A stretch of DNA of 64,000 bases from Vicugna vicugna. Its lineage: Eukaryota. The DNA lies in NCBI GenBank assembly GCA_013265495.1, contig MU057984.1, positions 613,597 to 677,596 on the forward strand, given 5' to 3'. This document shows positions 13,540 through 25,274 of this stretch, piece by piece. The position numbers and the translations under genes were made by a program. The first letter of the stretch is position 1; every line of letters begins with the position of its first letter. The notes below the pieces were generated by a model, which did not search any database, was not told where the DNA came from, and saw only the letters and a program-made list of their open reading frames with translations.

Positions 13540-14859
13540 ATGGGGAATGAAGCATAAGGGTTCCTCATTAAGGTACATCTTGCAGAACTGGAAGTTTGGG
13601 TATTATCCCCTGACCCCAAAACATTTAATCTTCATATATAATATAGCCTGGCCCCAATACCAGCTAGGAGATGTGGAAAGGTGGCCCACCACTGGGTCTC
13701 TAAATTATAACATCAGTTTACAACTGGACCTGCTATGCCAGATACAAAAGAAATGGGATGAAATTCCATATGTCCGGTTTCTTATGGATTTATATCACAA
13801 CAAAAGCCTTCAAAAGGGATGTGGGCTCTCTTCCACTGAGTTCCACCAGACTTTGATCCTATCCCTGAGGACCTACTTGATCTCTTCCCTGACTGTCCTC
13901 TTACTGCTACCTCCCCACAGCCTTCCACCATATATCCCAATTTGGGCCACAGTCCTGAGAGTCCCCCTCCATACCCGCTCCCTCCCCCAGAACCCAGACA
14001 AGCAAACAGATGAAGCAGAATGAATTACCAGCCAGAGTTCAACAACCCACCAGGAAAAGAATTCCCTTTGACGCAGGTCCTCAATGGAGGAGGAGGACCT
14101 ATCCAGGTATACACCACATTTACCACCTCTGATATGTGTAACTGGAAAAGTCACAGTAAGGGGTTGAAGATTCAGAGGGGTTCCTGAATCTGATGAGAGG
14201 AATCTTTCAGACCCGTGACCCCACCTGGCTGACATCCAGAGCCTCCTCAATCTGCTCCTGACAGAGGAAGAAAGGCCACAATCTTTTCAAAAGTTCTAGA
14301 GGAAGCAAAGAGAACAGAAACAATGCAGGTCATGCTATTTTCAGAACGGGGAGCCAAATGGTCACAGATAACAAATCCAACCAAAAACACTGAGACCGTG
14401 GAGAAGAGGGTGGAAGACAGAGGCTGATCCATTACAAAAATATGATCCTCGACGAAATCCACACTGCAGGACAGAAATCCGGGAATTGGAACATGGTAAA
14501 GGAAATCAATCAGGAGCCAACAGAAAACACGTCAGCATCCCTAAAGCCTCAGGGAATGCCCCTGAATGTATACTACCACTATCCCTGAGTCATTGGAAGG
14601 GGATGCAATCCTGAGGCTGTATTTCATTTCCCAAAGTGCCCCCGACATTAGGCGTAAACTTCAGAAACTGGAAATAGACTCAGACACCCCCACCTCTAGC
14701 CTGGTTGAGGTTGCCTACCAGGTATTCAGTAACTTAGATATAGAGGAAGAAAAGTCAGAGGATAAAAAGGCCTGGAGGCAAGCCCACCTACTGGCTCTTG
14801 CCGTCCAATGTCAACTGGTCGGCACGAGAATCTGGACTCACCGCCCACGGAGACTCTAG
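13540..14859 (+). pseudogene. gag: Disrupted ERV gag (matrix and capsid)
   Basis: ATG GGG AAT (MGN) at 13540, then a frameshift. MA: LRYILQNW...AWPQYQLGDVERWPTTGSLNYNISLQLDLLCQIQKKWDEIPYV. CA C-terminus: FISQSAPDIRRKLQKLE. Confidence 0.9.
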
Positions 14860-14983
14860 ATTCCGCTGCAGGGGATTACCCAGGGGTACACCACAAGTGA
14901 GTAACAACCCAAGACAATGCGCCGCCTCTGACTACTCTTGGGAGCCTCTCTCCAACCTAAACTCCTTTTCCGAAAAATGGTAA

Positions 14984-15400
14984 AAGATAAGTAACCCGAT
15001 ATGCTTTGCCAGTAGAGACTCTAGGATCTTTGAGCTGACCGGGGAGGGGGTCGGCGCGCTGGCCCATATATCCTGTTGCTTCCACGTCAGTGCAAGTGGC
15101 CTGACTGGAGAAAGTGCAGGCAGGCTACCAGAAAAAGCCACTTGGCAAACAGAAGGCAGCCAGCCTAATCTGGCCGAACAAACGTGGAGGCGGGTAACAC
15201 AAGCCCTTCGCAGCGTCACTTGGTTTCTGCCTTTCCTGTGCCCCTTAATAGCTGTTGTTCTCTTGCTGATATTTCCACCGTGTATCTTAAACTGTCTGGT
15301 GTCCTTTGTCTCTAAAGCGTTAGAACCCATAAAACTTCAAATGGGGATCGTTCCGCGACACGAACAGTCAGGGCCAAGGCCTAGCGACAATCAAACATAA
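14984..15400 (+). pseudogene. env: ERV env remnant: C-terminal half of the TM subunit, stop-free frame without an upstream start codon
   Basis: My translation: ...GEGVGALAHISCCFHVSASG...WFLPFLCPLIAVVLLLIFPPCILNCLVSFVSKALEPIKLQM...*. This is a CX6CC motif with the first Cys changed to Gly (GGC) plus a gamma-type membrane-spanning segment resembling syncytin-1 WILPFLGPL...FGPCIFNLLVNFVSSRIEAVKLQM. Not in the ORF track. Confidence 0.88.
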
Positions 15401-15543
15401 GTAAAGGCAGCTGGGAGAAGTTCGGCTCCTCTACACGGGGTTATGTCGACGCCCAATCTCGGCAGGAAATGGTTAAAGAAGACGGACCTTCACCGCTCAG
15501 CGCCCCTCAAGAATCAGGAGCAGGACAAAAGCAGAGGAGGGGC

Positions 15544-16053
15544 TCTTCGCAGGCAAAGCCCATTAACGATTCCCAGGAAATAAGAGAACCTGAGTAAGAG
15601 AATAAAGTCTAACCTTTTTTCCCTTTGTACTTCGTCTAGTTTCACTTGCTCAGAGGGTGCCACGGGCACATGACTTGCTCCTGACATTGCAGCCCGGTGA
15701 CCGTGTGGAGAAACTGCAAATGACACCACCAATCAAGATGGCGGCGGTGAGGCGGCGGCGGCTGCAGCGGGCCCCGTGCAGAGGCACCGCGAGATCTGCA
15801 GCGTGAGCAGCACAGCTGTGCCTGTGGACGAGAACCCTGCCCCCTCCCCCGCTGATGAGATCCCTATAAAGCAGCCCCGCCCACGGCCTGGCCTGTCTGG
15901 AGAGCACGGACTCTAGATCACAGCTCCGAGCTCTCCACCCTTTGATCGAAGAATAAAGCTGTCTTTTGTTTCTGAACTGAAGTCGGTCTCCTTCTCTTGG
16001 CACAAGCGACACCGAGCAGAAGGACCCTGGTTGGCGCCCAAAAGGTCTGTAAC
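15544..16053 (+). promoter_or_regulatory. 3' LTR of provirus A, CpG-rich, with CCAAT, YY1, TATA and polyA motifs
   Basis: ccaat at 15729-15733, caagatggcggc (YY1 consensus) at 15734-15745, tataaa at 15865-15870, aataaa at 15952-15957. Colinear with the LTR at 22194-22690. Confidence 0.85.
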
Positions 16054-16425
16054 CTATGTGGTATTTACACACAATAGAATACTGTTGAACTTTAAAAAAA
16101 AAAAAATTCTGCCCTGTGCCACAACATGGATGAGCATCATGGACATTACGGTAAGTGAAATAAGACAGTTACAGAAGGACAAATATTGCATGATTCCACT
16201 TGTATGAAGTATTTAAAAGTCAAATTCACAGAATTAAAGAGGGAAATGGTGGCTGCCAGGATCTGAGGGGAAGAGGAAATGAGGAGTTCCTAATCAACGG
16301 ACATAAAAGTTTCAGTTAAACAAGATGATAAGATCTAGAGATCTGCTGTACAACACTGTACTTGTAGTAAAAAATAATGTACACTTTAAAATGTTTTCAG
16401 TGGTTAGATCTCATACAAGTACTAT
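16054..16425 (+). mobile_element. Old L1 3' fragment
   Basis: atgtggtatttacacacaatagaatac...acaacatggatg...gacaaatattgcatgattccactt...ctagagatctgctgtacaac. Confidence 0.75.
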
Positions 16426-16431
16426 TGCTAT

Positions 16432-16454
16432 ACAGACAGACAGACAGACAGACA

Positions 16455-16487
<33 letters not shown>
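16432..16487. repeat. (CAGA)n(CA)n microsatellite
   Basis: Read directly from the sequence. Confidence 0.95.
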
Positions 16488-16489
<2 letters not shown>

Positions 16490-18234
16490 CAGCCACAAGC
16501 CCTGAAACATCAAGAAGGTGCACTGGGCCCTTAATTTACTCAAGAGATGTAGCTCTCTAAGAATCCATCTCTAACACCACTGGGAGAGACAGGGGAGATG
16601 GCTCTACCCTGCCAGTATGTACAGGGTGGGGAGGGCTTCTAAAGGAAGGTGGCTTGCCTTTCATGTCTCTATTCCTTTCATCCAGTAGAAATGCCCACTG
16701 AGATGACCCCACTGCTCAGCTGGCAATGGTGATCAGGGATTTCCCAAACCTATTCATGTAATGTGTCCTGCACACCCCCTCCAACACCACCACTACCAGA
16801 TTCCCTATCTTCTCTACTTCCAGTGCTTTCTCCACATGATGCTGAACTCTGGATTCAGAATCCTGACAGCTGTCCTACACTGGGGTCCCTGGACTTGGCT
16901 TTGCATGTCATTTCTCTCATGGACTCTGGACAATGCTCTCCTCTTCGGAAGATTTTCCTATCTGGCCCTACTCCTTGACACCTGGTCATTCTGATCGAAT
17001 CCTTACTTCTCAACTGAAGGAGAACTACCATGTTGACATATCAGAATTTTAAAGCACACCCAGGAATACCCTGTTACTTGGGAAAGCACTGTGTAAATTC
17101 AGCTTGATAAGAGTGAGGTTGTAATATGATTTTCTGCTAACCCTGATTAGACAACAGGGAAATACAAAATAATATTCAGACAATATTTTCTCACTCTTAA
17201 GTTTGACTACAATTTAAAGGATTGGTAAAATAAAATGTCCGTAAATGTGCAGGGTATTAAAATACATTAATTTGTGAGAACAAGAACTAGGAGAAAAATT
17301 TTAAAAATAAATTTTGGCAATATTTAGAAAAATACATAATCGTCTTCTCCACGTTAATCCAATTTCCATTTTGTAGTATCTTTCCTTGGAGAAAGCAGGC
17401 ACATGTACTCTATAGTGCATTTCCAAAATGCTGACTTCAGTCCAGAAATCATAGTACAAATGGGAAACAGCTTAGGTTTCAATTAGTAGGAGAATAGTTT
17501 AATTAATTAGGACACATACTTACTTTGAGTGTAGTTACTTAAGTCAGGTTATCTATATGTGTTGTCATGGAAAGATCCTGCATTCATTTTATGAAGTGGC
17601 AAAGGCAAGTGGAAAAACAACACCTACAAATTTATCCTTAACCTAAAAATAGTATATATTTTTATGATACCTCTCCGTGATGGAAGTTCTAGAGTCATCT
17701 GGTAGATAACACACTCCAGACACTTATTTGTGGTTACGTCTGAGTTAAGGGGATGCATTTTGGAGAAAACTGTAAAGTGATGAACTTTGATTTACGTATA
17801 TTGTCAAAACTTTTTTTGCAACAAAAATATATGCATCAGCAGCTTTCTTATTAAAATATTAAAATAAGCCAAAGGAAGCAGCTATGTGTTAATAAGATAG
17901 AGTGATTGCTGCATGATACTACACACAAAACCTGAATTTTGGATTTAGTTTGTTGAATTAACACAACAAATACTTTGCTCACGTGAAATCTGACGTAGGC
18001 TGTCCTGGCCACACCGCTATCCAGTGACCCATGGATCCAGGATGCTCCACCTTCTAGTCACACCATCTCAACACAAACTCTCTGGGGTTGCAGCTGAATG
18101 GAAGAGAAAGCACAGAGGTGGCAAACTGATTCTCGTACTCATTGTCCTGAAAATGGCAAACTGCTCTTTCTCATATGTCAGCAGCAATGGCTAGTCCAAT
18201 GACACATGATGACAAAAATTTCACATACCATCAA

Positions 18235-19262
18235 ATTATACTTTATTCTCATTTTTGCCTTCCTACTTTTAAGCCTGCATAGAGCACTTCGGTGACAAGA
18301 GTCCTTCTTTTCATCATCTGGGAGACATTATAGAATGGTGAAAAGAGAAATGAATGAAGAGACAGATCTGCCTCTAGCTGGAAGGAGTGGAACAGTACGG
18401 GGTCTAGACCAGTTTGGATCAGGGGTTTAGTCCCAGTACTGTCACAGACTACTCTGTGCGTTCAGGCATATCCCAAGCTCTGTGATCCTCAGTTTCTTCA
18501 TCTATGAAGTGAGTCCAGTAACCACTATGTCAAAGGTCTACTAGAATGTGTGTAACGTACATAAAACAGCTGGCACAGTGCTTGGTTTATCTTAAACCTT
18601 TATGAATGGGAGTTATTACTCTGATTATTTTGACCACCAATGCAATCACCTTTACCTATTTTTTTAATTAAAAAATTTCTCAAGGATTATCAGACAGCAT
18701 GAATTGCTGTAGGATATGGAATGTCAAATCAGGTAAGTATGTTGCTTGGCAAGTAAAAACTAGTAAATTTTCCCCTTCAAATAGTCTATTATTTAATTTA
18801 GGTGTGAAGGTGTCACCCCAATTGAAGGAAACTCAAAGACTGTAGAATTTATACCAAGGACTACCTCCTTCCCTCCCTGCTACACAAACCACCTTGTTTT
18901 TATTCATTTTATTCTCACCAAAAAAAATCTAGACCCTGATTAGATTTGCCAACATATATTCAAGATAACCTAATTAAAATGTTTCATGAATGTGGTGGAC
19001 TCCTTCTCTCCAAGCTCTATATACAGTGACAGCCCAGTGTCCTCTGCATATATCATCTTATGGGACTATCACACTTATTTCTCAAAAACTCCTTGGAGAT
19101 CATGTACGTAAAACATTTAGGTGTGCAATGTGTTCAGTTGTGCTGAGACAAAAGCACAGGACATCATCTGCTCCTGCCTTTATTCATGATCTCAAAGTAA
19201 CTGCTAGAAATTCCCACTCCAGGCTTTTATCTCTCAATGTTGAGGTACACCATCTGAGAATA
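18235..19262 (-). pseudogene. Orphan paralogue of the MAGE 3' UTR/3' flank (coding exon absent), including a MIR
   Basis: Colinear with 26455-27480 and partly 39625-40250. Example: 19062 gggactatcacacttatttctcaaaaactccttggagatcatgtac versus 27274 gggattatcacctatatttctcagaaacgccttagagatgatgtat. Also tgctgtaggatatggaat (18704) versus tgctataggatatggaat (39862). Confidence 0.75.
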
Positions 19263-19265
19263 CAC

Positions 19266-20721
19266 CCAACAGAAAACACTTCAGCATCCCTAGAGCCTCA
19301 GGGAATGCCTCTGAATGTATACTACCACTGATCCTGAGTCATTGGAAGCGGATGCAATCCTGAGGCTGTGTTTCATTTCCCAAAGTACTCCCGACATTAG
19401 GCATAAACTTCAGAAACTGGAAATAGAATCAGACACCCCCACCTCTAGCCTGGTTGAGGCTGCCTACCAGGTATTTAGTAACTTAGATATAGAGGAAGAA
19501 AAGTCAGAGAATAAAATGGCCTGGAAGCAAGTGCACCTACTAGCTATTGCTCTCCAATGTCAATTGGTCGGCATAGGAATCTGGACTAATCACCCACAAA
19601 GATTCTTGACTCTGATGAGTGACCTCTGGCCTGCACTGAGGGATAGAAAGCCAAAGAAACTAGGACCCCATCACTACACCATATGTAAACAAGAGGGACA
19701 CTGAAAGAGTCAATGTCCCTGCTGCCCCTGAAGGGGGACAGAAATCCAGATCCCGGCCACTACCCTCAAAGGCAGATGGTCCAACAGATGAAGAATGATG
19801 GAGCCATGGGGTTCCTAAGCTAACACTCCAATGAACACTGAGGAGCCCCAGGTGACAATGAACACAGGGGAAAGCCTGTCAAATTCTCAGCCAACACCCA
19901 TTCCACTTACTCAGTCCTGAACACTGGATCAGGCAAACTAGGTCACAAGAGTTGTAAAATTATGGGTATCAGGGAAGACCCAAGAATGAGCTCATAGTCT
20001 CATGAGCCATTAGAATGTAGATTGGAGGATACACACCCATTCCTTCCTGTGTGTCCCCAAATGCCTCATACCCCTGCTAGGAAGAGATATCTTACATAAT
20101 TGGGGCTTACTACCCACCCAATGGGAGACAAACTGGAGAATGGTGTCCCCTTACACAAAGGGCACATGATGATGATGTTGATGGCTGAGGACAAACCTTC
20201 CCTGACAGAGTAAGTCGACCTCCCAGGAATAAATCTCAAGGTCTGCTGTGAACATTGCATAACAGCACTACTTACAATAGCCAAGACGTGGAAACAACCT
20301 AAATGTTCATTGACAGATGACTGGATAAAGAAGTTGTGGTATAAATATACAATGGAGTATTATTCAGCCATAAAAACAACAACATAACGCCATTTGCAGC
20401 AACATAGATGTCCCTGCAGAATGTCATTCTAAATGAAGTCAGACAGAGAAAGACAAATACCATATGATATCACTTATAAGTGGAATCTAAAGAAATGAAA
20501 CAAATGAACTTATTTACAAAACAGAAAGAGACTCATAGACATAGTAAACAAACTTATGGTTACCAGGGGGGACATGGTGTGGGAAGGTATAAATTGAGAG
20601 TTCGAGATTTGCAGATACTAACTACTTTACATAAAATAGACAACAAGGTCGTATTGTATAGCATAGGGAACTATATTCAGTACCTTGTAATGGTCTATAA
20701 TGAAAAAGAATATGAAAAGGA

Positions 20722-20762
<41 letters not shown>

Positions 20763-22690
20763 AACAAATCACTATGCTGTACACCAGAAATTTACACATT
20801 GTAAATTGACTGCTATTTGGAAGCAAAGAAGTATGCCTACTGGTAAATAAGAGGTGAAACACGGCTTAAGCATATTGAAGTTCTGAGAAGTAGTACAGCT
20901 TTCATAAAAGGTGGCAGGGATTGATTGGAGAGGTCACCAAAAGGGGGATGCAGAGGTAATAAAGGGAAACAAGAAGGCAGATGCAACTGCCAAAAGGGTG
21001 GCCCTAGAACCAGTAACTTGGCAACTACCCCTCCTACCTCTAAGGCCAGACCATCCGATTATTCCCCAAACTACACAAAGGAAGATTTAGACAAAGCCCT
21101 AAAATGGGGCTTCAACAGAGATCTAGGAGGCCATGGGTGGCTACTTAATGAACATGGACTATACTTCTTTCCCCAAATTGTGGCTTGTCAAGCCATCAGT
21201 AAGGCTCATCAAGGAACTGACTGTGGGAGGGAAGCCCTATACAACCGGTTAGTTGAGGCCATGGTAACTCCTGGCATGAAAAGTATAGTTGATGGGATAG
21301 TTGAGACAAGTCCATTTGCACAATGATCAAATCCCAACACCAGGCCCCCGAGATAAGACCTATTCAGACCAGACGGACATATCCTTGAGAAGACTGACAG
21401 ACTGATTTCACTGTCAGGCCGAGAGTCCCAGGCAATTTCAGGTATCTCTTGGTGCTAGTAGACACTTTTTCTGGGTGGACAGAAGTATTCCTTGCTAAAA
21501 CTGAAACCCCTGCTGAAGTGGTCATAGCATTACTAAGTGAAATAATCCCCACATTTGGGCTCCCAGGATAACTCGACAAAGCAGTAACAGTTCAGCATTT
21601 GTGTCTCAAGTGACAAAGGGGATAATGAGTGCCTTGGGCATAAAATGAACCTTGCACTCAGCCTGGAGACCGCAACTGTTTGGGAAAGTAGAGAGGCAAG
21701 TGAAGAGGGCCTCAAACCCCAGCCTCTGGAGAGACAACCTGGAGCAACAATCCCCTTGACTACTCATGTGAATCTCTCTCCAACCTGAAGTTTCTCCTCT
21801 GAAAAACCACCAAAATATGACCAGGAATATTCAGGCTACGGCAGTGAGCCTTGACATCAGGGTACGCTTTTGCCTACAGGCAAAAGACCTCAATATCTTC
21901 ATTTGTAGGAAAAATTTGACATGTGACCATTATTCTCTGGCTAATATTTGGGCCACCTATTTGAAATTTTCACCCAAAGGTTAGATAAATGGGGGTTGCT
22001 CAGGGATATGAATAGTCAGGGCCAAAGCCTGGTGACCATAAAACACATCTAAAGGAAGCTGGGATAAGTTCCAGTCCTCTACCCACAGTTATGACGATGC
22101 CTACACTCAGCAGAAAGCAGTCACAGAAGACAGACCCGTGCCCTTCAGCACCCCTCAAAAGTCAGGAGCAGGACAAAAGGCAGAGAAGGGACTTGTCACT
22201 AGCAAAGGCTGTTAACAATTCCTGAGAAAAAGAAATGGAATGTGGGTAATAAAGTCTAACCTTTTTTTTTTTCCCTTTGTGCTTCACCTACTGTCAGTTG
22301 TTCATATGGTGTCATGTGCAGAGGCCTCACACCCGGCATTTCAGACCGTAGCTCCTAGTGCGAGATATCTGTGTGTGACACCACGATCCAAGATGGCAGA
22401 AGCCTTCTGCTGAGATACTGGGCCCGGCACTGTGATCTCGAACACAGCTGCACCTGCGCCACGAGATCTCCACCTGCTCCCTGACTGATGAGATCCCTAT
22501 AAAGCATCCCCACTCATGGCCTGGCCTGTCTGGGAGAGGGTGTACTCTGGACCGTGAACTTACACCTCCCCATTCTTTCATCAAAGAATAAAGCTTCCCT
22601 TTGTTTCTGAACTTAACTCAGTCTTGTTCTATTGGCTGAAATGATACCAGGGAGGAGAACGATTGTTGAGGCCTGACAGGATCTGTAACA
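19266..22690 (+). mobile_element. 5'-truncated provirus B of the same family: gag CA/NC, protease, [L1], RNase H, integrase, env scrap, PPT, 3' LTR (22194-22690)
   Basis: CA: FISQSTPDIRHKLQKLE. Zinc knuckle remnant YTICKQEGH*KSQCP at about 19675-19720. Protease: STYSVLN and PLLGRDIL. RNase H: AIWKQR...WRGHQKGDAEVIKGNKKADATAKR at about 20812-21000. Integrase: ED*QTDFT...RYLLVLVDTFSGWTEVF...EIIPTFGLP at about 21390-21565. LTR runs TGTCAC...GTAACA. Confidence 0.92.
20253..20812 (+). mobile_element. L1 3' fragment (end of ORF2 plus 3' UTR) inside ERV pol
   Basis: Matches 7950-8490 (acaatagccaagacgtggaaacaacctaaatg...gagttcgagatttgcagatactaact). No poly(A) and no TSD seen. Confidence 0.9.
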
Positions 22691-22734
22691 TCTCTAGATA
22701 ACCAATCAGAAGTTTCTAATAAAGTTAGCTTACA

Positions 22735-24035
22735 CTTATGCTGAACAGGTTCCTACTGCATATTTTAATAGAGAAATGAAAACTTTTACACACCCTCCAC
22801 ACACAAATGCATCTCAATGTTTACAGCAGCTTTATTTGTAACAGCCAAAAACCTGAAGCAAACTAAATGACCTTCAATGAGGAATAAAAGATCCATGCCA
22901 TGGAATACTACACCACAGTAATGAAGAAGAGACAAGTGTACATGTTACAACTGGGATCAATCTCAAGAAATAATGCTGAGTGAAAACAAAAAGCCAATGT
23001 TGAAACTCAACCTTATCTACTGTACAATTCCATTTGCATAAACTTCTCAAAGGGACAAAATTGTATAAGTTTATGTGTTTGTGAGTTTGCCTCAATCTTT
23101 CAATCCTAATTTTCATTTTAACATATTTGAAATGTTATTTTGTTATTTTGAGGCATGTGCATGCTTTAATAATCTAGCATTTGCTTATGACTCATAAAAC
23201 TTCTGATTCTGGTGAAGATGTAGCCACTGTGACTGGATTTATCCACTTACCTGAAACAATTAAAAAACAGCTAAATTATGATAACAATGTTCAATATGTT
23301 GGACATTAGACCATAAAAGACAGTGATCACTGAGAGAAAAACAAATGGTGTGAGCCTGTAATTTCCCAAGCTTACTGCCTGGACCCACGTGGAGCCTAAA
23401 GACTCTGTGAGTTGAGATGAAGCTGAGAGTCTAGGGAAGCTTGGGCAGCTAGAGTTTATAAGAAATAGTAGAGAGAAGACAGCTGCACAGAGAAAGAACT
23501 GTGGAGCCCACACAGGGCTGGGAATACTTCCTGTTAGAGTGATAAGCCATATCATTAATGGGGATCAGCGTGAGTACTCAGTAGTGTTCTGTTTAAGTAG
23601 TGAGGTGAGGTAAGCCATAGTTAATGCTGCTCTGGTCCCAATTAATAAAGCTTAAAAGCAGGGACCAAAAAGATTATTTTGTTTCTAAGTAACTTCATGG
23701 CATTACAGAAAAGAGCTTGAGAATACTGATGCACTGAAATAAAGAGAGGTTTTTGTTCTGCGTAAGTGTGAACAAGGTAAAATCACAATTTCACAATGCC
23801 TGATATCCAATCTAATATTACCAGGCATGCAAAGAAATAGATATATATAATCAACTACTAGGAGAAATTTAATCAATCAAAATTGAACTAGAAATGATAC
23901 AGATAATAGAAAGAGCAGATAAGGATATCAAAAAATTATAACTGTATTTCAAGAAACAAGAAGACAGATTAAACTGGTTAGTGACGAAGGAGATATATAA
24001 AGACCCAAAGTGAAACTGAAGAGATGAAAAATATG
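22735..24035 (+). mobile_element. Ancient L1 (L1M-type) fragments
   Basis: aatgtttacagcagctttatttgtaacagccaaaaacc and tgctgagtgaaaac, followed by A-rich sequence like that preceding L1 ORF1 at about 23800-24035. Confidence 0.55.
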
Positions 24036-25274
24036 TCTAAGATATGAATATACATCGGTTTAGAATACTGAAAGAATTGAAATATTTTTCACATGCATGC
24101 GAAATGGAAAAACCCCCTAGAATTAGCTTTACAATTCTATATACCAGATTACTTGTATTCACCTTTGAGGAAGGGGAAGAATTTTTGAGTTTCAAAGGTA
24201 GATCACTGTGATTCCTCAGTACTGTTAGAATTTCTTGCAAGAAGAATATGTGTACAGTTACCTTAGTGATTAAAATATTTAAATAACCCTAACACCAGAA
24301 CAAGTAGCTGAGTTTTAGCCAGAAAGTGACTGCTAAATGATATTTAGACAACCTGAAATAAAAGCAGCTTAATACAATCAAAGTTTATTTCTCTACGTGC
24401 ATTGGCAGACATTCTGTACTAACAGATAACACAGGGCTCCAGGCTATGTACTTCTTGTAGGTCCACCCTATAAACACATGATTTCTATGTCTACTGATGA
24501 ATACAAGAGAAAATATGAAAGGAGATAAATGGAGCAGCAAATGCTTTGGCCTGAAAATGACAAATATTTCTTCTGCTCACAGATCAGTGAGTGGCAAGGG
24601 CTAGTCAAGTGATCTAACTACAGGTGCACTTGATAATGTAGTCTTCCCATAATCCTAGAAAGGAGAGAATGACCAGATGTGGATGTAATCTCTGTCTCCC
24701 TCATAAACTATTGCATAGTCGGTGCTCAAGAGACTGTATTTATTACAACTGCCATCCTTATTTCCTGGTAGAGTTTCCGAAGGGGCCAAATTTCCTTGTA
24801 ATTCTCCAACATTTTGTCCTACTTACTGTGTGACATTTCCTCCCAAACAAAGGTGCATATCAAATTTTTGAAAGGATCCTGTAAAATATCAGAAGGAAGA
24901 TTTTGCCTTCTTGACTCAGTAGTAACTTTCTGCGCTGACCTAAACCATAACTTCTAAAATCTTAATAACATGAGAATTTTCCTTTTCCATTTGGTGACTG
25001 GTCAAAATCTGTGAATTTTTACCAACTTCTTAATGACTGAACATGCCTGAAGACTTGTACTGGTATCAATAGGCACAGAAAAACCAGGATTTCTTTTGGG
25101 TTAGGTAGTTAGACAAGAGGCAGTAAAAAGACACTGAATTATTTTTATCTCTGCTAACCAAAGACAGTATGCGGGTCAATAAATAATCTGTCACCTCCTG
25201 GAAAGACTCCAAGGCTTTAAAGACATTAATCCTCAGTACATGCTTGCTTTACAGTGATTTCCAGTTTTTGATCT

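Larger units (their letters stand above)
11925..16053 (+). mobile_element. Defective class I (gamma-like, HERV-W/ERV9-type) provirus A: partial 5' LTR, PBS, leader, gag, deletion, IN 3' end, env TM, PPT, 3' LTR
   Basis: The R-U5 part of the LTR (11925-12129, ends CAACA) is homologous to 15855-16053. Also present: gag MA and CA motifs, an env TM motif and a purine tract at 15527-15542. NC, pro, RT and most of env are missing. Confidence 0.9.

Noticed and set aside
13547..14023. 158-aa gag MA ORF as a domesticated gene
   Set aside because: The native MGN start is frameshifted off, the ORF runs out of frame after MA, and the capsid is broken.
14984..15400. Functional syncytin
   Set aside because: No start codon, signal peptide, SU, furin site or fusion peptide, and CX6CC is mutated.
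17875..18200. Similarity to 24300-24650 as an extension of the MAGE duplication
   Set aside because: Both look like old MLT1-type LTR remnants, and I cannot tell shared duplication from independent insertions by eye.
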